Part shown: piece by piece, positions 45,275 through 54,608 of the stretch
Numbering within the stretch: position 1 is the stretch's first letter
Layout of the letters: the number at the start of each line of letters is the position of its first letter
DNA from: a virus
Taxonomy: Duplodnaviria > Caudoviricetes
Reading direction: 5' to 3' (one strand)
DNA length: 63,314 nucleotides
IMG/VR virus record: IMGVR_UViG_3300037156_000068
Coordinates: 1-63,314 of that record
Made by a program: the position numbers and the translations under genes
The notes under the pieces: model-generated
Told to the model about the DNA's origin: nothing
Database searches by the model: none
What the model saw: the letters and a program-made list of their open reading frames with translations, nothing else

Positions 45275-45640
45275 GGCTAACACCCCTCTTGTGCCCCCGC
45301 AAAAGCTCTACTACAGGGCTTGCGTGTTAGCCTATAGGCGTGCGCCTCCTGTTTGGTTTGTGTCTCATACTCACGGTATGGGATATGGGCCGGGCAGGGG
45401 GCGCACTGCTATGCGCTCAACATGTGATCTATCACGGTTTGTGTGTCAGAGTTGGCTTGTGGGTTGTCCAATGTGTCCCCTATACGCGGGAAACAACCCT
45501 CTAATGTGAAGGACGGACGCCCATTTGTTAACGTGGTTCACGCGGGGCGGATAAAGAGCAGTGAGCGGACCTTGTGGCATGTCGGTAAGGGCCGAAGGCC
45601 CGCGCGTCTTTGACGCTTAAACTGTCACACCCACAAACCG
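45272..45640 (+). ncRNA. structured intergenic RNA: 31-bp G-U-rich hairpin plus a multi-stem domain
   Basis: 45340-45370 pairs fully with 45376-45406; cggtttgtg/cacaaaccg closes 45435-45640. Confidence 0.55.
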
Positions 45641-45798
45641 GAGCGGATTAAGATGATATTGATTATCCTGCCCTTCGTCTTCGGCTGGGTCATGATGGGC
45701 GTTTGGGAAAAGTACTAACGGTATGAAAGCCTCGCGCTTAGAGGCGGGGCGAAGCACAATCTATCACGCTTTGCACGACGGTATGGGGGCCTAGTCTC

Positions 45799-46038
45799 AT
45801 GGGACGCATAGTCAAAAACCTAGCCTATCCGGGCGTCTATGACGTGTTCAACAAGCTTGGACATAAACTAGGCCACGTTGAACGCTTCACGGGGTCCGTA
45901 GGCTGGATATTTATGCAGTCCGCGGGCGTGGGCAAGCATTTCATCCGACAGAACCTGATAGCCGTCGCGGTGGCCCTTGAGCTTAGGCATGGGGAGCACT
46001 TTTCCGTACCGCGTATCACAATCCCGCCGGGAGGCTAA
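45799..46038 (+). CDS. hypothetical protein
   Basis: ORF with ggggg SD. Confidence 0.5.
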   Translation: MGRIVKNLAYPGVYDVFNKLGHKLGHVERFTGSVGWIFMQSAGVGKHFIRQNLIAVAVALELRHGEHFSVPRITIPPGG

Positions 46039-46764
46039 GACTATGTTTGGAACAATCTTATTTTTCGTTTGTCTCCTGTCCTTTATCTGGATCGGGACAA
46101 AGATTTTAGTCTGGCTTATAGGCATGAACGATAGGCAGCTAAGGCGCACCGGATGGCTCTTTGCCGCTGGTGTTCTGGTGTGCCTAGTCCTTGTTATTAG
46201 ATACGCCTAGGGGTCACACGCCATGCGGTACGAAGTCTATATTGGAAATAGATGTGTCTTTAAGTCCACGGAAAGTGGGATGGCCACAAGGTTCTTCGAG
46301 GGTATGTGGGGCTATCGCGGCAATAAGGTCTCCTTATACTACCGCGAGAATCAAGAAACCCTGAACCTTATCTCAGTCCTCATACCACTAGAGGGGGATT
46401 AAGACATGGCATGGGCCGTTGCAATCCTTATCTTTTATATCTTAGGTCTGATATCATTTAAATATGCCTAATTGTGTGTGCATCGGTAAGTCACTGCACT
46501 ACTCCAACGCATACTCACTTGGGCATCACTGATAAAGGTGTTTCCAGGCTTATCCACGAAGATGACCAGCTAGGGCGTGGATACGAATTAATGCTGGCGG
46601 TATCCTAGGACATGGGCGCTTTGCCATGTAAAAAGGTGGCCGCTTCGCACGCTTCAAAAGTGTGAAGCTATAGGAGATGGGCATCTCTGTAAAAGGCCTA
46701 TTCCCTTGAACTAACTGTATACACCACGCGTTCAATTTTAACAGGTCGAGGAGGCCTAAGCTAA

Positions 46765-47016
46765 ATGATTTGCTGGAATATTAAGGACCGTAAATCGGGA
46801 CAATCTATCATAGTCCCCGGCCCCACCACGCCGGGCGAGGCGGACACCCTACGCACCATACTCAAGAACTGTGCGGCAATGGGCAATATCCGTCACGGCG
46901 ATGGTGTGCATAAACATCCGTCTGTCAAAGCCATGCCCCCATTGATGGCCCCGGCCTTAGAGCCGAAGGCTCGCGGGACGACAGTCCCTTTAGGCGAAGT
47001 GGTGATCTATGTCTAG
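46765..47016 (+). CDS. hypothetical protein
   Basis: gaggagg SD. Confidence 0.6.
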   Translation: MICWNIKDRKSGQSIIVPGPTTPGEADTLRTILKNCAAMGNIRHGDGVHKHPSVKAMPPLMAPALEPKARGTTVPLGEVVIYV

Positions 47017-47305
47017 CGATATCGGCCCTGGTGACTATGTGAAATACATCGGAACCAAGTCCACAGTGTTCCGATGTGACGGTGTTTATCTCGTTAGTCG
47101 AATTGGCCCGACCCTTCCGTGTAGGCGTTGCGGCGGAAATCACGCCGGGCTCGGTATTCTCGGCAAGAGATCGAAGCACAGAACGGGTTGTTTCGCTCTG
47201 TGCAACTTCCGCCCGTTCAAAGGCCCTGAAATCGAGTCCAAGCTTTTCCGGGCTGCACCTAAACGAGTTCAAAAATACAAGGAACCAAAACATGCCCACA
47301 CGTAA
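47009..47305 (+). CDS. hypothetical protein
   Basis: IGPGDYV..., CRRCG. Confidence 0.55.
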   Translation: MSSDIGPGDYVKYIGTKSTVFRCDGVYLVSRIGPTLPCRRCGGNHAGLGILGKRSKHRTGCFALCNFRPFKGPEIESKLFRAAPKRVQKYKEPKHAHT

Positions 47306-47740
47306 GAACTTCCCTGGCCGCAAGGACGTGCCCACGGATGAACCACTCATGAATGGTGATCGGCCCGTTTTCATGTCTAATAAGAAATCATCGTGGAGTT
47401 CAAATGATCGCCCAAGTTGACCGGCGTCACATCAAATATCAACCACCCTTTCATGTTGAGAGTTTTAAATCTGGTGCTGTTATAGGGGCAGACAGCTCTG
47501 GCCATAACTGCGTCAGGTTCACAGATTGGCCTCCGGGCGCAGTCATGTGCGATAGTGTGGAAATAATGCAAAAGGCTTGCGACGCATTAAACTTACAACC
47601 GATCTCAGATTTCATGGAGGCGGAGGTAATATGACCTCTGAAACCATTGATAAGATGGGGGCATATGTTTTGTGTTCTCTTGTGTTTGTAATCGGCCTGA
47701 TTGCAATTGTGCAGTCTTGGTAAAAATGGATCATAAAATC

Positions 47741-48289
47741 ATGAACAGACTCTCTGTATTTATTGCGGGCTTGAGCCTGCTTGCGCTTGCCGCCTGTGAT
47801 GTTCAAAGCACAGCCACATCAGCCGATCAAAAGGCTGCGGTACAACAAGAGGATATCGCCAAGCGTGCTCAAGATGAGGTGGGCATCTACACACCCACGC
47901 ACTTTACTCGCAAGCGCCTAGCCAATCGTATCGGTCAGATGCTTGATGACCCCACACTGGCCACTGTGAGCTACGCACAGGGCCTTGATGGCCGTCTCCG
48001 GTGCATTGGCCCATCCATGGGCTTCCCCCTGCCAGCGGCCACTCAGACGACCAGCCCAACTAAGTGGGGCGACCCACCTAACTACTACCAAGGCTACCAG
48101 AGCGTTCAGGTCCCGCAATCCGAGCCGGATCAACTATTTAGCCCCAGCTCTGAGGATGCGACCTGGATTCTGCTTGTGAACCCTAAGACTGGCCAAGCGA
48201 GCCCCGCGTATTTCGAGGGCCACGTTCAAGCCTTCCTAGCCTTAAACAAGCCTGATCCGAGCCTGATCGCACAGGACTGCACCCGTTAG
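47741..48289 (+). CDS. lipoprotein
   Basis: lipobox LALAAC; GFPLPAATQ..SP, PQSEPD.LFSP.S..ATW. Confidence 0.75.
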   Translation: MNRLSVFIAGLSLLALAACDVQSTATSADQKAAVQQEDIAKRAQDEVGIYTPTHFTRKRLANRIGQMLDDPTLATVSYAQGLDGRLRCIGPSMGFPLPAATQTTSPTKWGDPPNYYQGYQSVQVPQSEPDQLFSPSSEDATWILLVNPKTGQASPAYFEGHVQAFLALNKPDPSLIAQDCTR

Positions 48290-48376
48290 TCTTAACTTGG
48301 GGTCCGCGCCAGAAGCAGCACGGATTAAATGACCAGCCTAGTGTGCGCCCCATTTTTTATAAGGAATTATGACCCA

Positions 48377-48994
48377 ATGTACCGTTACGGATTTGAACTC
48401 GAAGGATTTTATCGCAGTCCTGAGACTGGTCTTATCACCGTCCCCCCGGTCATGTACCCAACCGATGGTTTCCCGGGTTTAGTAGAATTCAGGACGGATG
48501 GACATGCAATCCTAGAGGACGCCTTCGGGAAACTTCTTCTCAAGATGTGTATGACAGGGTACGCAGATTTTACCTGCACTGAGGCCTATCACACGTTTAC
48601 ACCACAAGAGAAGCGTCTCATCCGTAAGCGCCCTAACTTCCAGAAGCCGGAAGCGGATATTCAAAATATCTATGACAAAAATCCGAAGGCTCTTGGTAAC
48701 AAAACGATAGCTTCTCTACAGATAAATATATCTAACCTCGTGAGTGCGTCCTACACAGATAAGGATCGTGTTTTCCACCCAGATCAATTCACACTCCTAG
48801 ATGTTCCGAGAATTGTTAAGGCCCTCGACACATCCTTTAAGGATGAGATTAAGGAGGCCGGTAGGCAACGCGGGGAATACTGCATCAAAGGGGAGCGCTT
48901 GGAGTATAGAAGTCTTCCAAATACAGTCATGCCATCAACGTTCGAGAATATAAAAGATTTCTTGGGCAGAATCAAAAACGCAATAGAGGATTAG
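48377..48994 (+). CDS. COOH-NH2 ligase / amidoligase-like protein (divergent third copy)
   Basis: YGFELE, DG..GLVEFRT, R.RGEY..K..RLEYRSLPN, paralleling 56710-57537. Confidence 0.65.
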   Translation: MYRYGFELEGFYRSPETGLITVPPVMYPTDGFPGLVEFRTDGHAILEDAFGKLLLKMCMTGYADFTCTEAYHTFTPQEKRLIRKRPNFQKPEADIQNIYDKNPKALGNKTIASLQINISNLVSASYTDKDRVFHPDQFTLLDVPRIVKALDTSFKDEIKEAGRQRGEYCIKGERLEYRSLPNTVMPSTFENIKDFLGRIKNAIED

Positions 48995-48998
48995 GATC

Positions 48999-49346
48999 AT
49001 GAAATACGTAGCAGCCTTTATAGGCATTCTCCTGCTCCTAGCCATCGCGGGCCTTGGCACATCTTGGTTTGGCCTAGTCACATCCCGCCCGATGGCAAAG
49101 TACAGCAAGGAGACTGAGCGCCAGGTGTATCTCAACTCCGTGGCACACCAGCAGGGCGCTATGGCTGGTCTGGCCATCGACTGCTCAAACATGCGTAATG
49201 CCAGCACCCCCGCCCCGCAGCGCCATGCCTTCGCCTCCCTGGTCATCCAGGACGCTGTGGCCTATGCGGGAGACCAATCGTTGCCGTCGGATGGGCGCGT
49301 TTGTGTCCGTGAGGCTAACGATCTCCTAGCCGTGGCGTTGGGGTAA
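48999..49346 (+). CDS. membrane-anchored protein
   Basis: N-terminal TM; ERQVY.NS..H..G. Confidence 0.65.
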   Translation: MKYVAAFIGILLLLAIAGLGTSWFGLVTSRPMAKYSKETERQVYLNSVAHQQGAMAGLAIDCSNMRNASTPAPQRHAFASLVIQDAVAYAGDQSLPSDGRVCVREANDLLAVALG

Positions 49347-49352
49347 AGACTA

Positions 49353-49697
49353 ATGACTATTGACATCACTAAAATCAAGCCGGGCGACAAGATTACAGTT
49401 GAGTTGACTGTTAAAGGTCGTGACGGATACGGATATTTCCGTTCTGAAGGTATCAAAAGTATCAATCCGAATTTCGTCGGCAATCATATCGACCCTGGCG
49501 ATATTGTGTCTCACACCCCAAAGCCAGTTGAGATCGTGGTTGGTACGGTGTTCACACCTTATATCGGGGATCGCCGGACCAGTGGTAACGCCCGAGTTAT
49601 TGCCGTGGCTGAGGGTTGGTGCTTGGTTAAGTATCATGACAAGTCTGTAGGGAGTATGGATGAGAACCACATCAGGGGACTTCCGATAGTCTCTTGA
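49353..49697 (+). CDS. hypothetical protein
   Basis: ORF. Confidence 0.6.
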   Translation: MTIDITKIKPGDKITVELTVKGRDGYGYFRSEGIKSINPNFVGNHIDPGDIVSHTPKPVEIVVGTVFTPYIGDRRTSGNARVIAVAEGWCLVKYHDKSVGSMDENHIRGLPIVS

Positions 49698-49721
49698 CAA
49701 ATCCTAAAACTGTGAGATAAT
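49694..49721 (+). promoter_or_regulatory. sigma70-like promoter
   Basis: TTGACA-16-GATAAT with extended TG. Confidence 0.6.
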
Positions 49722-49744
49722 ATCCAGACAAGGGGTAAATAGAT

Positions 49745-50116
49745 ATGAACCTAGTTAAATTCTTACCATTCACCAATAAGTCAAATGTGGGCTCTCATGA
49801 TACGGTTCTGGTCAAAGTACCGTACTGTGCGTTGATCGGCTCGCACCTGACAAATGTTGAGATTGTTGGTGTTGAGATTAAACCGATTGTTGTTGGTGAT
49901 AAACTCATATGCACCCGATGGAGGGCTGAATACGATGTTCTATACGTAGATGAGAAGGGATTTCTTTTAAAAGTTATAAAATTGGCTAATCTCAAGAGTT
50001 ACAGAGAACCTCGGCACTACTTGTCTCCACATTCGCAACAATTTACTTACTTAGGCGTTGGAGCCAGAGTATGGGAAGATAATGCAGCCTTTCCCAGTGA
50101 ATACGAGAGGTTCTGA
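49745..50116 (+). CDS. hypothetical protein
   Basis: ORF after the promoter. Confidence 0.55.
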   Translation: MNLVKFLPFTNKSNVGSHDTVLVKVPYCALIGSHLTNVEIVGVEIKPIVVGDKLICTRWRAEYDVLYVDEKGFLLKVIKLANLKSYREPRHYLSPHSQQFTYLGVGARVWEDNAAFPSEYERF

Positions 50117-50500
50117 TTGACCTCATCAAACCTGGACATAGCCATTAAATGGGCTGAGTCAAATCCAATCACAAATCTCCCTAGAATGGCCTGCTGTCTT
50201 AGCGACGGGAGGTCATTTTTTATTGGGTTGAACAGTCGTAAGACTCACCCACTCCAGAAGCGCTTCAGTACTCACCCAGAGCGCATATGTACGCACGCGG
50301 AGATTGATGCGATCTCTAAGGCCATCAGTGCGGGCTCTTTGATCTATCATCGCTCTGCACGTCTCTCAACGGGTGGGGCTTCCTTTCTTCTGAGCGTGGC
50401 TAGAGTACATAAGAACGGGCAGAAAGCATTAGCCCAACCTTGCCCTGGTTGCATGAGGGCAATCAAGCATTTTAAAATCAAACGAGTCGAGTGGACATAG
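50117..50500 (+). CDS. zinc-dependent nucleotide/nucleic-acid deaminase (CDA fold)
   Basis: HAEIDAI and PCPGC. Confidence 0.85.
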   Translation: MTSSNLDIAIKWAESNPITNLPRMACCLSDGRSFFIGLNSRKTHPLQKRFSTHPERICTHAEIDAISKAISAGSLIYHRSARLSTGGASFLLSVARVHKNGQKALAQPCPGCMRAIKHFKIKRVEWT

Positions 50501-50550
50501 TGTCCGCACGAAATGAATGGACCTAATCATTGGGAATGGGACATAAATAA

Positions 50551-51222
50551 ATGGCATACCAGTATAATCTTAAAGTCGTAAATACCTCTTTTGACTGCTG
50601 TGGCTCCGCTACGGTCGGGGGATTCTACGGAGAATGCAAACGTACCTTTAAAGTTCTCTCCGATAAAGAGGGCATTGATAAGTTAATGGCCGTGGAAGTG
50701 ATCCTTACACGAGAGAGGCGAAACCTAGGCGTTGCGGTACTCACACACAAACAGGTGGATGAGTATGGTTGGCGGAAGTATCTCGATGCCAGGGGCTGGA
50801 CTAAGGTCGGCCAATCCGTCCAGAACCAAAAGACCCTGAACATGCTTGAAATCTGGATGCTTGATATGACCAATCGCAAGGTCGTAGATATCACACCACC
50901 TCCCGCGCCCCCAGTAAATGCCTTTGATGCGGGGGGGGTGCGCTTAGATCGCCGCAATGAGCCCCGTTCCGCTGAGATCATTGGACGCTCAACTGTCAAT
51001 GACCATGGCCAGATTAAAGAGTACTTTATGGATATCAATAATCATAGGGTTGAATTCGTAGACTTACCAATTTTCAATCGTGGTCAACTTCTCGACCGAC
51101 ACCTAACCTTCAGCTCAATTCGCCTAGTTAATGGTGGGGGCTCATACTCATGGCTCCAAGGTGGTACCCATCGATTTCCTCAGCCAATTGCTCGGCCTGA
51201 TGAGGGTGACGATGATTTTTGA
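50551..51222 (+). CDS. hypothetical protein
   Basis: ORF; DCCG near the N-terminus. Confidence 0.6.
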   Translation: MAYQYNLKVVNTSFDCCGSATVGGFYGECKRTFKVLSDKEGIDKLMAVEVILTRERRNLGVAVLTHKQVDEYGWRKYLDARGWTKVGQSVQNQKTLNMLEIWMLDMTNRKVVDITPPPAPPVNAFDAGGVRLDRRNEPRSAEIIGRSTVNDHGQIKEYFMDINNHRVEFVDLPIFNRGQLLDRHLTFSSIRLVNGGGSYSWLQGGTHRFPQPIARPDEGDDDF

Positions 51223-51333
51223 GTATGTCTAAGCTTACGGAACGTTCAGAAAGACTTGAGCAAATAAAGCTTGAAAAGCGTCTCCAACACCTGACCCAAC
51301 AAAGGGCTCATGTCCTGAGGGAGTTACAAAAGA

Positions 51334-51681
51334 ATGTCCAGCGAGGATACCAAAAAGGCTCTATTCAAATTACGATGGCCTGAGAATACGTGGTCTCTGC
51401 ACGCTTTAGCAAATCAACCAAGGACATTGACGTCTATGTCTAATAATCGTCATAACCATTTCAAAAATGCCTCCTGCTATTATGAATGGCGTTCCCATTG
51501 GCGTTACGCCTATAAGCGCCTCTCCAATCAAATCGCATCACTTAAAGATCGCGTTAAGTATGGGGACCATCCGCGCCTCTATCAGGGCGTCCTAGCATCG
51601 TTACGATGTGAGGCTCATGCGATGATGATTGCGCGTGAGGCGGTCACTGAGCAATATAGGCAAAATAGGTTAGCAGAATGA
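51334..51681 (+). CDS. hypothetical protein
   Basis: Y.EWR..WR..YK.LS..I..LK. Confidence 0.6.
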   Translation: MSSEDTKKALFKLRWPENTWSLHALANQPRTLTSMSNNRHNHFKNASCYYEWRSHWRYAYKRLSNQIASLKDRVKYGDHPRLYQGVLASLRCEAHAMMIAREAVTEQYRQNRLAE

Positions 51682-52376
51682 CCATTCTCTATAAACTCAC
51701 AACACAAGATAACAAGACTCGTAGGGGTTATCCTAACGAGATTACCTGGGGGCCTTGTGTGACCCACTCTGGGACCGGTAAGGGTGGACTTTGTGGCCCG
51801 GGCTATATCCACGCTTACACCAGCCCGCTTCTGGCAGTTCTGTTGGACCCTTCTCATGCAAACATTTATAATCCAAAGCTTTGGGTGTGCGAAGGGGATA
51901 TCACACTTAGTGATAATGGTTTGAAGGTTGGGTGCGTAAGTTTGACCACCACAACGGAGATTATGCTGCCTGTTATCACTGTTGAACAGAAAATTAAGTT
52001 TGCTATTCTGTGCGCCCAGGCAGTTTGTAAAGACAGTTATTGGAATGCGTGGGCTAATGACTGGTTGTCCGATAAAGATCGTACCTACGCAGCGACGAGT
52101 TATGCGTCGAGTGCGTCGAGTGCGTCGAGTGCGGCGAGTTATGCGGCGAGTTTAGCGGCGAGTTATGCGGCGAGTTTAGCGGCGAGTTTAGCGGCGAGTT
52201 TAGCGGCGAGAGCGGCGAGTTATGCGGCGAGAGCGGCGAGTTATGCGGCGAGGGATGCGGCGAGAGCGGCGAGTTTAGCGGCGAGTTTAGCGGCGAGTTA
52301 TGCGGCGAGAGCGGCGAGTGCGGCGAGGGTACCATTAGATTTAATTAGTCTCGCTGAAAAAGCAATGGAAAGTTAA
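51678..52376 (+). CDS. phage protein with an Ala/Ser-rich tandem repeat
   Basis: LYKLT...LCGPGYIHAY..PLLA; (AASY/AASL/AAR)n. Confidence 0.75.
   Translation: MTILYKLTTQDNKTRRGYPNEITWGPCVTHSGTGKGGLCGPGYIHAYTSPLLAVLLDPSHANIYNPKLWVCEGDITLSDNGLKVGCVSLTTTTEIMLPVITVEQKIKFAILCAQAVCKDSYWNAWANDWLSDKDRTYAATSYASSASSASSAASYAASLAASYAASLAASLAASLAARAASYAARAASYAARDAARAASLAASLAASYAARAASAARVPLDLISLAEKAMES
52092..52328 (+). repeat. coding minisatellite of 9/12-nt units (gcggcgagt + tat/tta, gcggcgaga)
   Basis: directly visible. Confidence 0.95.
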
Positions 52377-52381
52377 ATAGT

Positions 52382-52585
52382 ATGAGCGAACAAACTACAG
52401 GTGCTGAGCGGGCTGCTAAACTTCTGGCCTTTGTAAAAGAATGGCAGGCTAAGGCCTATCGCATTAAGCCCTCAACAGGCCAATCTCGCCAGGTCAAGCG
52501 CCGTGCAGACCGCCTTGAGCTTAAGTGGATGGAACGTCAGGCCCGCAAGAAATCAATCCGTAACCGAGAGGACCTAGCACTATGA
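52382..52585 (+). CDS. basic hypothetical protein
   Basis: ORF. Confidence 0.5.
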   Translation: MSEQTTGAERAAKLLAFVKEWQAKAYRIKPSTGQSRQVKRRADRLELKWMERQARKKSIRNREDLAL

Positions 52586-52730
52586 GCACAGCGACTGAGC
52601 ACCCTGATGAGGGAAACAAGGGTAGGGTCAGTAATCCCACCAATCGAATTAAGAATCTGACAAAGAAACTTAATCGTCAACGTAAATCCCGGGCGACTGC
52701 ACGACAACTTGAAATGCAAGAGGCATAACA

Positions 52731-53177
52731 TTGGATCACCTTCATGGACTCTCAAATCACGTCTTCACCTATGGCACCCTTCGCAAGGGACAGGGGGCCT
52801 ATAATCGATTCGGCCTGGACAAGGCGTGCACATTCATCAAGACCACAACTATCCCGGGACTAATGTACTCAATGGGTGGGTATCCTGGTATTAAACTCGG
52901 TGCTAGAGACAAACCTGCTCCGTACAACCGTACCGTATATCCCCTCATTGTTGGCGACCTTTTTGAAATCACCGATGAGTACATTGTCCGTCGGTTAGAT
53001 GGCTACGAGGGCTGCGATGAGCGCAACAGTGATGATGGGCTTTATCGACGTGTCTTGGCCATGACCACATGCGGCATTGAGACGTGGATTTATGAGATTA
53101 ATGGTAAGCAGAATCCAGCCAGGCTTATTAAATCTGGTAATTGGCTCGAACCGGGGAGGGATAAGCGCTATGGATAG
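52731..53177 (+). CDS. gamma-glutamylcyclotransferase (AIG2-like)
   Basis: VFTYGTLRKG, GGYPG, LDGYEG, YRR. Confidence 0.9.
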   Translation: MDHLHGLSNHVFTYGTLRKGQGAYNRFGLDKACTFIKTTTIPGLMYSMGGYPGIKLGARDKPAPYNRTVYPLIVGDLFEITDEYIVRRLDGYEGCDERNSDDGLYRRVLAMTTCGIETWIYEINGKQNPARLIKSGNWLEPGRDKRYG

Positions 53178-53739
53178 TAGCATGAAGGCTGAGCAGATAG
53201 CGGAGCGAGCTTGCACCTGTCATCCCGACGACGCGCCAACACCTTGCGCCCACAAGTACGCCCTAAGTGCCTGTCTTCGCACCTCCTACGAAGCCCTACA
53301 GGTAGAGAACGAGAGGCTGAAAACGGACGCGGCGGATTGGGCAAAAGCTGACGCCGACGATGAAATCCTGATCACCTCCCTCCAGTCCCAGCTATCCGAA
53401 CGAGAGGGGGAAGTGGAGCGCGACAACCGGGACATTGAGAAGCAAAACGCTGAAATACGCGCGCTGAAAGCCCGACTCAACACCGCCGAGACTGAAGTAG
53501 CGCGCGTCAAAAAGGTCTTGCATGAATGCGAGACCGAAGCGGGGATCACGGCCCTTCAGTTAGACCGTAGAGCCAACACCGCCGAGGCTGCGTTGAAGAA
53601 CGCGACCGAGCTGCTGCCGTACTTAGTCGCCTTCACCGGCGATCTAGGACTGGCTGGTCTTGACCACATCACGCGCGAGATCGCCGCGCAGGAAGGACGG
53701 CGTTTGATCGCCACCCTCAATCAGCCGGGAGCGGAATGA
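53170..53739 (+). CDS. coiled-coil hypothetical protein
   Basis: CTCHPDDAPTPC..KYALSAC, then coiled coil. Confidence 0.6.
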   Translation: MDSSMKAEQIAERACTCHPDDAPTPCAHKYALSACLRTSYEALQVENERLKTDAADWAKADADDEILITSLQSQLSEREGEVERDNRDIEKQNAEIRALKARLNTAETEVARVKKVLHECETEAGITALQLDRRANTAEAALKNATELLPYLVAFTGDLGLAGLDHITREIAAQEGRRLIATLNQPGAE

Positions 53740-54608
53740 TGGATAAAGCAGAACTTATTGAAATTGCTCGCGCAGCACTAACCAAACTCAGGCTCGATGC
53801 CTTAGGTGTCGCATCATACGGATGCGTAGATGCGGATGGCTCATCATATAGTGCTCTCAATGAGGTGTGCCATGCCGCCTGCTCAGGATTTGTTTCTAGG
53901 AATGAGGGTGTAATTTTATATACGATTACAACCGGCCTAAATGTCCCCAGTAATCCTGTTCCGGACGACATCAAGCTGCGTTATTTTGAATGGCTCTGTT
54001 CCGCCGAGTCCCCCTGGGCCGATTGCCTAAACAATGGCTTGAATACCGATGCCAGGTTCGTGTCCGAGTACGGCCTACTAATTACGGACCTGGATAAACA
54101 CGGTAAGAACCTTGTAATCGCATCTCTTGCAGCCTCAAGGGCCTGTTTTGAACACCCTTCGCATATCAATATGTGGGATAAGCTGGTTCAGGATGGTGTT
54201 GAGCCTCGCTGGGCCTTTTTTGTTGCGGGTTTCGTGACGTTCTCGGGCCAAGATACTGTAGTATATGGTATGCGTTCGGGCGTTAATCACTGGCCCTTGC
54301 ATCCGTGGTCCGCGTCCGAGAAGTACATCAAGAATTACCTAACTCAGACCGTTAAGTTTGATGAGATCCCCTTCTCAGCAACAGGGCATGGAACCTCCGT
54401 AGGGGGTGCCTGGGGCCCATTGGGGGAGATTACAAATAACAAATGGGGCTCATCTTGTTATGGCACATCAACGTACTGGGACGACCTGAAAAAGAAAGTT
54501 AAGTCCAAATTCAAACAAGACCCAGGTGACTTTGTGAGTATCGAGCAGGGAGATTACAAGAGCTTCCTAGAGGTCATTAAACAGGAACAGGAGAGGCTGT
54601 ATGCCTAA
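53736..54608 (+). CDS. hypothetical protein of the amidoligase cluster
   Basis: coupled on both sides; CHAAC, SPW, FEHP. Confidence 0.7.
   Translation: MMDKAELIEIARAALTKLRLDALGVASYGCVDADGSSYSALNEVCHAACSGFVSRNEGVILYTITTGLNVPSNPVPDDIKLRYFEWLCSAESPWADCLNNGLNTDARFVSEYGLLITDLDKHGKNLVIASLAASRACFEHPSHINMWDKLVQDGVEPRWAFFVAGFVTFSGQDTVVYGMRSGVNHWPLHPWSASEKYIKNYLTQTVKFDEIPFSATGHGTSVGGAWGPLGEITNNKWGSSCYGTSTYWDDLKKKVKSKFKQDPGDFVSIEQGDYKSFLEVIKQEQERLYA

Noticed and set aside
44444-45283. 279-aa minus-strand ORF
   Set aside because: Antisense shadow of the GC3-rich gene 44468-45274; the same applies to most long opposite-strand ORFs in 15-38 kb.
52092-52328. CRISPR array or DGR repeat
   Set aside because: No unique spacers, units are codon multiples inside an ORF, and no cas or reverse transcriptase gene was seen.
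52601-52680. Hammerhead ribozyme (CTGATGA...GAAA)
   Set aside because: The required stems are not evident and the motif lies in a small plausible ORF (52582-52728).
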